NCBI GenBank assembly: GCA_945861645.1 | Contig: CAMAVZ010000027.1 | Location: forward strand, 1 to 25,962 | Source of the DNA: Opitutus sp. GAS368 | GTDB lineage: Bacteria > Verrucomicrobiota > Verrucomicrobiia > Opitutales > Opitutaceae | DNA length: 25,962 nucleotides | Direction: 5' to 3' | In this document: positions 1-8,509 of the stretch, in pieces | How the letters are laid out: each line of letters begins with the position of its first letter | Numbering within the stretch: the stretch's first letter is position 1 | Translations under genes and position numbers: made by a program | Notes under the pieces: model-generated | The model's database searches: none | What the model was told of the DNA's origin: nothing | Seen by the model: the letters and a program-made list of their open reading frames with translations, nothing else

Positions 1-26
1 GGGGTAATACCAACACGAACATTAAA

Positions 27-55
27 ACTATGAAGGGCATGCCACTCGTCGGCAA
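27..55 (-). promoter_or_regulatory. candidate sigma70-type promoter driving a gene off the left edge of the window
   Basis: Minus strand reads TTGCCG-N17-CATAGT (55-50, 32-27), followed by an AT-rich leader running off the window. Confidence 0.35.
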
Positions 56-168
56 GGCACTTTTATTTAGCCGCGGAAATTCTATGCCCGCGGCCCGCGG
101 GTGATGGGGCTTTTTCGCGCCAGTCAGCTCTCGTCCGTTGCAGCAGGCCACCGGCGATTTGCGGGCAT

Positions 169-1107
169 CTATTTTCCGCTCTTCACGCCACTCGCAAGCA
201 GAGTTTCGAAATTGGGCTCGTGCGCTTCGCGGGAAACCGTCTCTACCTCTACCTGCTGAAAACCGGCTTTCTTAAGCCACCCATGCAGCGTGCTTTCTTT
301 GAAGCCGAGCCAGAGATCGCCGTAGAGCTCATGGGCTTTTTCGAAGCTGTGGGCTTTGAGATCAAGCACGAGTAGTTGACCGCCAGGTTTGAGGATACGG
401 TGGGCCTCGTTGACCGCTGTCTGCGGGTGGCTGGCGTGATGCAGAGCTTGCGAAAGAATTGCGAGGTCAACGGATTGATCGGGCAGCGGCACTTGTTCGA
501 TGTCGCCGAGTTTATAAGTTAGGTTCGCGAGCCCATTCTTTTTCGCTAGCTGCGAGCCGACGGCGACCATCTTGGCGGAATTATCGATGCACCAGACGCG
601 CGCGGCGCGATGGGCGAGGAGTTGAGAGATGAGTCCCTCGCCGGCGCCGAGATCGGCCACCGTGATGGCCGGCACCAAGCGCAGCGCGAGTTGGCCAATG
701 GCCTCCCACGAGCGGCCGGGACAGTGATTTTTACCCAGCCGACCGGCGATCAGGTTAAAATATTGTTCCGAGAGCTGCCGGCGTTTTTGCAGGCTGCGAT
801 TGAGATTGCTGTGGTCTTCCGTGGATTCAGGCAGGGCGGCGACTGATTCGCAGGCGGCTTTAAGCAGAGTCAGGGTGCCATTGGGCAGGTCGGGCCGGAG
901 TGAGTAGAAGGCTTTTTTACCTTCGCGCCGATCGGCAACAAAGCCCGCTTGGCGCAGGAGCGCGAGTTGGGAGGAAATACGCGATTGGCCCATGCCAAGA
1001 ATTTCCTGCAATTCGGCGACGGAGAGTTCTTCCTTCAGCAGCAAGGCGAGCAGGCGCAGCCGAGTGGGATCGGAAAGTATTTTGAGGGTTTCCCAAGAAG
1101 AATTCAC
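169..1107 (-). CDS. ArsR/SmtB HTH transcription regulator fused to a class I SAM-dependent methyltransferase-like domain (SahR-type architecture)
   Basis: N-terminal ArsR HTH (LKILSDPTRLRLL...ELSVAEL...QSRISSQLALLRQAGFV..RREG...FYSL). C-terminal SAM motif ADLGAGEG, plus GDIEQVPLPDQSVD and ILKPGGQL. GTG start. Confidence 0.9.
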   Translation of the reverse strand: MNSSWETLKILSDPTRLRLLALLLKEELSVAELQEILGMGQSRISSQLALLRQAGFVADRREGKKAFYSLRPDLPNGTLTLLKAACESVAALPESTEDHSNLNRSLQKRRQLSEQYFNLIAGRLGKNHCPGRSWEAIGQLALRLVPAITVADLGAGEGLISQLLAHRAARVWCIDNSAKMVAVGSQLAKKNGLANLTYKLGDIEQVPLPDQSVDLAILSQALHHASHPQTAVNEAHRILKPGGQLLVLDLKAHSFEKAHELYGDLWLGFKESTLHGWLKKAGFQQVEVETVSREAHEPNFETLLASGVKSGK

Positions 1108-1126
1108 GGCAGGGTAGGACCAAGGA

Positions 1127-1149
1127 CATTCTGGGCTGGGCCCAGAATG
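1127..1149. promoter_or_regulatory. perfect 10-3-10 inverted repeat upstream of the ArsR gene, candidate operator
   Basis: CATTCTGGGC-tgg-GCCCAGAATG lies 20-42 nt upstream of the GTG start and overlaps a TTGTCA hexamer on the minus strand (1153-1148). Confidence 0.35.
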
Positions 1150-1228
1150 ACAAGACGCGAAAAATTAACTCAGAGCGGGTCTCTTCACCCCGCCCGGCCA
1201 AGCGCGCCAGCGGGCTTGGGCCAGTTAC

Positions 1229-3082
1229 TCAGCCTTTTTTGCTATCGTTGTAACGAACAATGCCCGCGATCTGGTACTCGTGATTAGTTGCACCAATCTT
1301 GAGCTTCACATGTTCGCCAATTTTCTTGCCCATGATCGCCTGGCCGAGGGGAGTCTTGTAAGCAATAATGTGCTTATCAGGATCGCTATCCCAGGCCCCG
1401 AGTACGCTGTAACGAATGGCCTTGCCGCTGGCGACATCGCGTAAATCGACAATGGTGCCAACGCTGACCGCATCGGTGCTGGCTTCAGAATAATCGGTGA
1501 TCCGGGCCCGCGCTAGATCGCGCTCAAGTTGGGCCTTCTGGCCCATGAGGACGGACTGGTCTTGCTTGGCCATCTTGAACTCGGAGTTTTCTTTGAGATC
1601 GCCGTGTTCGCGGGCGATCGAGATTGCTTTAGAGTTATCGGGAATACGTTTGGAAACGATTTCCTCGTATTCTGTCCGCTTGTGCTCGTAGCTTTCGCGC
1701 GAAACAAGAAACTGTTCATCCTTGGTGCCGGCGTCGCTGGAAACGAGAGATTGGAGCGAAGGAAACAGCTTAATGAAGCGGGCGAGCAGCGATTTCTTGG
1801 TGAGTTCCTCGAAGCCTTGGTTGAGCAACAGGCTATTCGCGAGGTCGCGGGCGGTTTCCGTATCGGCGGTTGAAAGCAAATCGGAGATCAGATCAGGGTC
1901 ATCGCTCAAGACTTCCCCGAGCGGAATGCGGCGAGTGCCGGCTGATTTCAACGCCTCGTAATCGATAGCGAAGAAAATGGCGCCGAGCAGGCGGGGCGTG
2001 ACCAAATCATTCAGCAGCTTGGAGAATTTCTTGGAATGGCGATTCTTAATTACCCAGAGCAAGACGGGGGCGCGGAGATTCTGTTCTGTCTTCCAGCGTT
2101 TCAGGGCGGCCGCGAGTTCATCGGCTTGCCCATTCGCCATCAGGAAATTAATACACTCGGTGGTGAATTTCCCCTGCGAAGTTTTCAGCAGCGCGAAGAC
2201 GATCTCGCGCCATTCTAGCGGGTGCGTCTCTTTGACGAGGTCGAGGAAGCGCGATTGGAAATGAACGGGAATTTTCTCTGCGATGGCGGTAAGGCCGCGG
2301 ACTTCCTTGATCAAATCGGTTTGGCTGGGGTTGGCGGAAGAATTTTCGTGGCCGAGGATTTTGGCGAGCTCGTCGCGTACAAAAGCCCCATAGAGGCGCT
2401 CGGCGGCGTCCAATTGATTGCTGTCGCGCACGGCTTCGGTGATGCCGTTGAGCACCTTGGAAAGGGAGGCCTTGGCTTCCTCTTTAATCGAAGCGGCGAG
2501 GAGATCCTCCGCTAAGGAAATGCGGCGGCGGGCTGACCGAGTGTTCGTGAATTCCTCCATGATTTCCGACTCAGCGGAAACAGGCTCGGCGCGAACAATG
2601 TAGCAGTCGGTTTTCTTAGCTGGGACCCCGATGCGCGGGTCTTTAATGAGCTGCTTTTTAACGCTGGAGAACCAGCGTTTAAATTTTTCCTCACCAACGA
2701 CCTGAGTGAGCACGATCTCTAACTCAATGGCGGTAGCGGCTTTATTGGGGTAAGCGGAAAGGGTATCGATCACCAATTGCATGGGATCATCTTCAATGAG
2801 GGCCTTAACTACCTTCGGTTCGGTCTCTTTGCGGGCCAAAATGTGCTTAGCGGAAAGAACATCCATACTCGTGACGCAAAAAGCAGGGTCCATGCGGTGG
2901 CTTTTCTTACCCTTGAAGTCGATGACGAGTTTCATGTCCGACTCGTCGTATTCCTTGATTTGCCCGAATCCCCAGCTGCGGTGGACAACATAGGTGCCTG
3001 CCGCCATGGCCTCTAATTTAGCCTTGGAGGTCTTGAGGGTGGCGTGTTTGGCAATGATTGCGGAGATGGCTTCAGAATTCAT
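1229..3082 (-). CDS. greA: transcription elongation factor GreA with a ~450 aa N-terminal extension
   Basis: C-terminal ~160 aa carry Gre motifs IAREHGDLKENSEFKMAK, VSVGTIV, YSVLGAWDSDP and YKTPLGQAIMGKKIGE. Confidence 0.9.
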   Translation of the reverse strand: MNSEAISAIIAKHATLKTSKAKLEAMAAGTYVVHRSWGFGQIKEYDESDMKLVIDFKGKKSHRMDPAFCVTSMDVLSAKHILARKETEPKVVKALIEDDPMQLVIDTLSAYPNKAATAIELEIVLTQVVGEEKFKRWFSSVKKQLIKDPRIGVPAKKTDCYIVRAEPVSAESEIMEEFTNTRSARRRISLAEDLLAASIKEEAKASLSKVLNGITEAVRDSNQLDAAERLYGAFVRDELAKILGHENSSANPSQTDLIKEVRGLTAIAEKIPVHFQSRFLDLVKETHPLEWREIVFALLKTSQGKFTTECINFLMANGQADELAAALKRWKTEQNLRAPVLLWVIKNRHSKKFSKLLNDLVTPRLLGAIFFAIDYEALKSAGTRRIPLGEVLSDDPDLISDLLSTADTETARDLANSLLLNQGFEELTKKSLLARFIKLFPSLQSLVSSDAGTKDEQFLVSRESYEHKRTEYEEIVSKRIPDNSKAISIAREHGDLKENSEFKMAKQDQSVLMGQKAQLERDLARARITDYSEASTDAVSVGTIVDLRDVASGKAIRYSVLGAWDSDPDKHIIAYKTPLGQAIMGKKIGEHVKLKIGATNHEYQIAGIVRYNDSKKG

Positions 3083-3124
3083 ATATTGCTTATCGAGTCA
3101 GTGAACCGATTAGTAGAGGGGACA

Positions 3125-4486
3125 ATGGAGCATGATGTCAAACAGGGTTTGGAGAAAGCCGCGGGAGGAGCTAAGCATACGCTTAGCGGCTGGGTCGCGG
3201 CGGTTGGCTTGGCGGAGCGCTGGGTGGCCCGATCAGAACGGGTGGACGCTTTACTGGAGGGACTTGCGCCGGGTCTCACGGGGCAGGAGCGGGCCCGCGC
3301 TCAGCATTTATTTTATGGGGTGGTGCGCTGGTCGAACCGGCTCGAAGCTGCTTTGGATGGGCTGATGATGCATCCGCCGCGCACGAAGGTGCGGGCTGTC
3401 TTATTGGTGGCGGGATTTGAATTACTGGAGAACGCGGCCGCGGCTCAGGCCGCGGGCGATGGTGGCGTTGCCAAAATTATTCATCATGCGGTGGAGCAGG
3501 CAAAATCTGTCGCCAGTCCTAAGGAGGCGAAGTTGGTTAATGCGGTGATGCGTAAAATGTCCGCGCGCTTAGCGGTGAAGCCGACCGATCTTGCCATCGA
3601 ATTTGCGCACCCCGAGTGGCTGGTGACGCGTTGGTTGCGGCAATTTGGCCCGGAAATAACCCGCCAACTCCTCACCTGGAATCAACAGCCGGCACCCGTT
3701 TATGCGCGCTGGCGTCCGGCTTTCGCGGGCGCGGGCGCGGCTCAGTCTGAACGGGCGGTGCCCGAATTTTTGGCGCCCACCGCGTGGGCGGGTTTTTACG
3801 AAGTCAAGGCGGGGAAGTGGGCCGAAGTTCGGCAGTTGGCCAATGAGGGGGTGATTTATTTGCAAGACCCCTCAACGCGACTGTGTATCGACTTGCTCGC
3901 GCCACAGCCGGGCGAAGTAATTTTGGACGCTTGTGCGGCTCCTGGCGGCAAGAGTCTTTTTATCGCTGATGTGATGAAGGCTGGGAAAATCGTCGCGCTC
4001 GATCAGCCGGCCGAGCCGGGCAAAATCGATCTTCGGCTGCTGCGGCTAAAAGAAAATCTCGCGCGCTCACCGCAGGGAGTTGCGGTGGCGATGATTGAGG
4101 CTGATCTCACCCAGGTGGGCAGCGTATTTTATAAAAACCTTAATCTGCCGGAAAGTTATGATGCCGTGCTGCTCGATGCGCCCTGTTCGAATACCGGGGT
4201 CATGCGTCACCGCATCGATGTAAAATGGCGGCTGCAAGATGGTGATTTTGCCCGACACGCGGAACAGCAGGTGGAATTGCTGCACGCCGCGGCGCGGCTC
4301 GTGAAAGCGGGCGGCCGGATTGTTTATAGTACGTGCAGTGTCGATGCCACGGAGAACGAGCAGGTCATCAAAACGTTCTTCGATAGTCGGGCGGGCGGCC
4401 CTTTTAAGTTGGCTCGCAGCATGTCGGCGTACCCCTGGGTGGATGGGCACGATGGCGCGGGGGCCTTTTTGCTGATTAAAGGATAG
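3125..4486 (+). CDS. rsmB: RsmB/Sun (NOL1/NOP2) family RNA m5C methyltransferase with NusB-like N-terminal domain
   Basis: Motifs LVNAVMRK, HPEWLV, YLQDPST, ILDACAAPGGKS, LLDAPCSNTG and VYSTCS. Start moved from the ORF-track 3044, which overlaps greA, to ATG 3125; the true start is uncertain. Confidence 0.88.
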   Translation: MEHDVKQGLEKAAGGAKHTLSGWVAAVGLAERWVARSERVDALLEGLAPGLTGQERARAQHLFYGVVRWSNRLEAALDGLMMHPPRTKVRAVLLVAGFELLENAAAAQAAGDGGVAKIIHHAVEQAKSVASPKEAKLVNAVMRKMSARLAVKPTDLAIEFAHPEWLVTRWLRQFGPEITRQLLTWNQQPAPVYARWRPAFAGAGAAQSERAVPEFLAPTAWAGFYEVKAGKWAEVRQLANEGVIYLQDPSTRLCIDLLAPQPGEVILDACAAPGGKSLFIADVMKAGKIVALDQPAEPGKIDLRLLRLKENLARSPQGVAVAMIEADLTQVGSVFYKNLNLPESYDAVLLDAPCSNTGVMRHRIDVKWRLQDGDFARHAEQQVELLHAAARLVKAGGRIVYSTCSVDATENEQVIKTFFDSRAGGPFKLARSMSAYPWVDGHDGAGAFLLIKG

Positions 4487-4519
4487 CGGGTGCCCTCGGG
4501 CTATTCGTTGCTTTCCTGA

Positions 4520-5737
4520 TTATGGGACGAGTTCGAATACCGGCAGCTCTAGGTCAATTTCTTTGGGTCCAGCGAGAAAAGTATACGTGATTTTTGCGGT
4601 CGATTTTACGAGCGCCGCATAGCGGACGTAGTCCCAGTCCTTGACGAGTTCGCCGTTAATCCGAATGCAAAGATCGCCGGCTTTGATGGAAAATTGCTCC
4701 GCTGGGGTGTTGGGGATAACGGTCAGCACGCGCCAAGTAGTCGGGGCGCGGGAGAAGGAGAGTCCCGTGCTGCGCCGTGGTTCCATGGTGATGGGGCCAC
4801 GGGTGGGACACTCAAAAGTTACTTGGTGGCGGCGTTGATCGAAGGTTAGGATAAAGGGGCGCAGAAATTCTCCACCGATCGACGAGAGTTGCTCGGAGAG
4901 ATCGACGATCGGACGTTCGATCAGATGGTTTCCGAGCCGTACGTTTTGATTCAGGCGCGCCGTAAGTGGCTGTCGATCGCCTTGCAGTGAAGAGATGAGA
5001 GTGCCGGCGCGGGGCGCCTGGACGAACAGCGGATGCAGTCCTGACGGATTTAGATTCAGGCTGCCATCGCTGCCGGTGTCGATTTGGGCAATGAAAGATT
5101 CGTTGCCCATCTGCAGAGAAATCAGTGGGGTGGGATGCTCGCGGCTAAAAATGAGCGTCGAGCTGCGCGGCGAGGTGGGGCGCATCGCGCCGGTCACCGG
5201 TAAGGGTGCAATGATGAGGCGGGCGCGAGGATAATCGAGGGTTAGGAGGACGTCGCCAAAAACAGGAAAACCGATCAGACCATCGATCACCACGCCGAGA
5301 TGGGCGGAGAGATCGGCGAAATCAAAGAGCAGGGCGGGAACATTTTCAAAGGCGGTCGCGCCGAGGGGCAGGCGGCGCAGGCGAACTGGCTCTAGCGCAA
5401 TTTCGCTGCCGTTAGCGGAGCGCACCTTAACCTTGGTCGGGGGTCCTTTTGGCGGATTTTTTTGGCGATAGCGCTGAGCAAGCGCCGGCGAGATCAGCGT
5501 GGCGGTGGAGCCGGTATCGATGATAAAGTGTTGGGTCGTCCCAGCACTAGTCGGACAGGCGATGACAAAAAAATTTGAAATAATCTGCGCGGGAATAATA
5601 ATGCGCTCAGTGGTTGCCCACCGGTTATTCGGTTCGTGGCGCGGCGCCGTGGCGCAGCCGGCGAGCAGCAGTAATTCGAGAGCCAAACCGGCAAGCAGTT
5701 CAAGCGACCGGCTAATTTTGGCGGCAGCGGGCTTCAT
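4520..5737 (-). CDS. putative lipoprotein with two retropepsin-like aspartyl protease domains and a C-terminal PDZ domain
   Basis: Lipobox LAGC; two catalytic motifs, FIIDTGS and AQIDTGS, with flanking DGLIG and SSIGGEFL; PDZ-like VLTVIPNTPAEQFSIKAGDLCIRING. Confidence 0.8.
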   Translation of the reverse strand: MKPAAAKISRSLELLAGLALELLLLAGCATAPRHEPNNRWATTERIIIPAQIISNFFVIACPTSAGTTQHFIIDTGSTATLISPALAQRYRQKNPPKGPPTKVKVRSANGSEIALEPVRLRRLPLGATAFENVPALLFDFADLSAHLGVVIDGLIGFPVFGDVLLTLDYPRARLIIAPLPVTGAMRPTSPRSSTLIFSREHPTPLISLQMGNESFIAQIDTGSDGSLNLNPSGLHPLFVQAPRAGTLISSLQGDRQPLTARLNQNVRLGNHLIERPIVDLSEQLSSIGGEFLRPFILTFDQRRHQVTFECPTRGPITMEPRRSTGLSFSRAPTTWRVLTVIPNTPAEQFSIKAGDLCIRINGELVKDWDYVRYAALVKSTAKITYTFLAGPKEIDLELPVFELVP

Positions 5738-5951
5738 TGAGCAAAAATAACGTAGGTTATGCGCAAGAGGATCACGGAAGATCGCAAGCTAGCGGCAACC
5801 ACGGTCGCGAGCAAAGCCCGTTCTTTTTTCGTAAGCCTGGGCTCGGACGGTTGGCTGCCTGAGATCAGTGGGTCGAGCTATCTCCGGAAATTGGCCCACC
5901 CTTTCTCCTCGGCAATTGAGCGGGCTGCTTAAGAGCAGCAGAGGCGCGTGG

Positions 5952-7220
5952 TTATAATTTGTAAGGGAGCGGAAACCGTGCGGTGAGCTTGATGACGCGC
6001 TCCTTCGTGGTAGCCAGAACCGCCGCCTCGTGCTCTGTGCCGATGGCCACGAGAACGCCGTCGATCAAGTTGGCGATTTCTTCCATCTCGGCCACTTGCA
6101 TTCCGCGAGTGGTCATAGCGGGTGAGCCTAAGCGAATACCTGAAGCTTGAAAGGGCGAACGGGTTTCGAACGGTACCGTGTTCTTATTGCACGTAATATT
6201 TGCGCGCTCGAGCGTTTCTTGAGCCACCTTGCCGGTCAGGTTGGGTAATTTAGCGCGCAGGTCGACGAGCATCAGGTGATTGTCGGTGCCGCCTGAGACA
6301 ATAGTGTAGCCCCGCTTGAGCATCCCCGCCGCTAGCGCTTGGGCATTTTTGACGACTTGGCCGGAATACGTTTGGAAGCTTGGTTTAAGGCATTCGCCAA
6401 AACACACCGCCTTCGCCGCGATAATGTGCATGAGCGGGCCACCTTGCCCGCCGGGGAACACGGAGGAATCAATCGCTTTGGCGTGAGCCGCTTTGCATAA
6501 CGCGAGGCCGCCGCGTGGCCCGCGCAGCGTTTTGTGGGTCGTCGTCGTAACAAAATCTGCGTGGGGGAAGGGCGAGGGGTGATGGCCCGAGGCGACGAGT
6601 CCGGCGATGTGGGCGATATCGGCAAAGAGCAACGCGCCGACGCTGCGGGCAATTTCACCCATACGCGCGAAATCGATAATCCGGGAGTAGGCCGACGCGC
6701 CCACGGTGATCATCTTGGGCTGCTCCCGGGCGGCGACCGCCGCGAGTTCATCATAATCGATTAGCCCATCGGCCTCGCGCACGCCGTATTGGCAGAATTT
6801 ATAAAGCTTACCGGAAAAATTAGCTGGGTTGCCGTGGGTCAAATGACCGCCATGGCTCAGGTTCATGCCGAGGATTTTATCGCCGGGTTGGAGCATTGCG
6901 GTGTAGACCGCAAAATTAGCCTGCGAGCCGGAGTGGGGCTGAACGTTGGCATGTTCGGCTTGGAAGAGCTGCTTGGCGCGCTCAATGGCCAGCGTCTCGA
7001 TTTGATCAACAAATTCACAGCCACCGTACCAGCGTTTGCCGGGATAGCCTTCAGCGTATTTGTTGGTCAGGACGCTGCCGGCCGCTTCCATGACCGCAGG
7101 ATAGGTGAAATTTTCTGAGGCAATCAGCTCGAGGTGATGCGCCTGTCGGGCGAATTCGGCCGCAATGGCAGCGGCGACAGCGGAATCAAGTTGGGCGAGC
7201 GGGGTGGCGTTGAGCGACAT
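5952..7220 (-). CDS. glyA: serine hydroxymethyltransferase
   Basis: Motifs [47 protein letters not shown]-lysine [14 protein letters not shown] and [14 protein letters not shown]. Confidence 0.98.
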   Translation of the reverse strand: MSLNATPLAQLDSAVAAAIAAEFARQAHHLELIASENFTYPAVMEAAGSVLTNKYAEGYPGKRWYGGCEFVDQIETLAIERAKQLFQAEHANVQPHSGSQANFAVYTAMLQPGDKILGMNLSHGGHLTHGNPANFSGKLYKFCQYGVREADGLIDYDELAAVAAREQPKMITVGASAYSRIIDFARMGEIARSVGALLFADIAHIAGLVASGHHPSPFPHADFVTTTTHKTLRGPRGGLALCKAAHAKAIDSSVFPGGQGGPLMHIIAAKAVCFGECLKPSFQTYSGQVVKNAQALAAGMLKRGYTIVSGGTDNHLMLVDLRAKLPNLTGKVAQETLERANITCNKNTVPFETRSPFQASGIRLGSPAMTTRGMQVAEMEEIANLIDGVLVAIGTEHEAAVLATTKERVIKLTARFPLPYKL

Positions 7221-7261
7221 GGTGAAAAGTACGAGGGAGGGAAGGAGAAAAGAGAACGAGC

Positions 7262-7747
7262 CTATTTTTCGCGCACGAGTGTCTTAAGCAAAGCGAGCAG
7301 GCTGGGGATCGCCTCCACCATCTCATCACGGCTAGACTCATAGATTTTCAAGGGCCCGCCATAGGGATCGCCAATTTCTTGATCGGCGGCGTGAGGCAGG
7401 AATTCGCGAAAAAGATACAGGTGCCGGGGGACGGGAGTGGCTTGCGCTTGGATGATCGCGCGATGGGACTCAGTCATGCCAAAGACGATCAGCGCGCCAT
7501 CGAGCAAATCCTGGGTAGCGGCCTGACTACGGTGTCCGCTGATATCAATTCCGGTTTTTTTCAATGCGAGCACGGAATTTTCTGAGACCATTTCTCCGGG
7601 GCGAGCCGCGACGCCGGCGGAGATAACTTTGAGGGATTTGAGCGGCTCCGTTTGACCGGCCAGAGCGTGTTTCAGCAAACCTTCCGCCATGGGGCTGCGG
7701 CAGATATTGCCGGTGCAAAGAATTAAAATATGACCCGATTCAGACAT
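7262..7747 (-). CDS. low-molecular-weight protein tyrosine/arginine phosphatase
   Basis: P-loop [12 protein letters not shown] and general-acid motif DPYG. Start set at ATG 7747 ([11 protein letters not shown]) rather than 7819. Confidence 0.92.
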   Translation of the reverse strand: MSESGHILILCTGNICRSPMAEGLLKHALAGQTEPLKSLKVISAGVAARPGEMVSENSVLALKKTGIDISGHRSQAATQDLLDGALIVFGMTESHRAIIQAQATPVPRHLYLFREFLPHAADQEIGDPYGGPLKIYESSRDEMVEAIPSLLALLKTLVREK

Positions 7748-7852
7748 GGATAAATACCGACCGAATGGACACGAATTTTTGCGAAAAGCAAAGACCGAGT
7801 TCGTTTTGCTCCTGACCATCAGCTAGGCCGCAACCGCCATGTTGGCGCGAGC

Positions 7853-8509
7853 TTAGCGGCGAGTTTCCAGCGCGAGCAAAGCCCGATGAAGCTGAATGGC
7901 GCGTTGCAGCACGCGGTCGATCAAGGGGGCTTTAACCGGCGCCGCCTGATTTGATTTAGGCTGAGTGGGATCGGGGAGAGGCGGGGGCTCGGCGTCGGGA
8001 TTGCCGTTTTTAAATTCTTGGACGAGCGTGGCCTCGTCGAAACGTTCTTTTTCGATTTTTCCTGTAACGAGGATAGCGGGTAACGTGCCTTGGCCTAAAG
8101 CCTCATAAGCTAATCGATCCGCGGCGGGATCAGCCTGTACCTGAATTTGGGCGGGCGCATCGGCGCCAGCCACGCTGAGCGTGATGATGGCGCCCGCACT
8201 TTGTTTAACTACCGCGATAATTTCTTGAGGGGTCGCCGCACTGAATAAGATAAAAAGGGGGGCGCGGTGGCGCGCGAGCGCAGTTTGAAAAACAGAAAGT
8301 GCGGCGGCTTCGCTGGTGGCGTAGCGCAGATCGAGCACCAACGGACGCTGAGCGGATCGAGCGGTCGAGAGGAGGGGCGCGGCGTCCGCCACGCTTTTGA
8401 TATGAAGATAGGCGAGATTGGCCCCGAGATCAATGGGCTCCGGTGGGGCAGCGCGGGCGACCCCCGTCAGCACTAAAGCAAAAAAAAGCGCGGGGAGTAA
8501 ATTCTTCAC
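7853..8509 (-). CDS. secreted hypothetical protein resembling a degenerate S41 (CtpA/Tsp) protease fold
   Basis: Signal peptide MKNLLPALFFALVLTGVARA; S41-like LAYLHI, LVLDLRY and C-terminal DRVLQRAIQL. GTG start overlaps the purD stop (GTGA). Confidence 0.6.
   Translation of the reverse strand: MKNLLPALFFALVLTGVARAAPPEPIDLGANLAYLHIKSVADAAPLLSTARSAQRPLVLDLRYATSEAAALSVFQTALARHRAPLFILFSAATPQEIIAVVKQSAGAIITLSVAGADAPAQIQVQADPAADRLAYEALGQGTLPAILVTGKIEKERFDEATLVQEFKNGNPDAEPPPLPDPTQPKSNQAAPVKAPLIDRVLQRAIQLHRALLALETRR

Noticed and set aside
1-40. Possible minus-strand gene start MPFIVLMFVLVLP
   Set aside because: Only 13 codons are visible and the ATG falls in the spacer of a plausible promoter, so it cannot be supported.
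100-168. Possible SAH/SAM riboswitch downstream of the ArsR-methyltransferase gene
   Set aside because: Only GCTGCAAC resembles the SAH motif; GAGGAGCG, CCAGGCTC and the pseudoknot partner are absent.
3044-3124. N-terminal extension of rsmB given in the ORF track
   Set aside because: It overlaps the divergent greA start and upstream region, so a later start is more plausible.
4487-4519. Terminator between rsmB and the protease gene
   Set aside because: The stem is short and G-U rich with a 2-nt loop and no clear U-tract.
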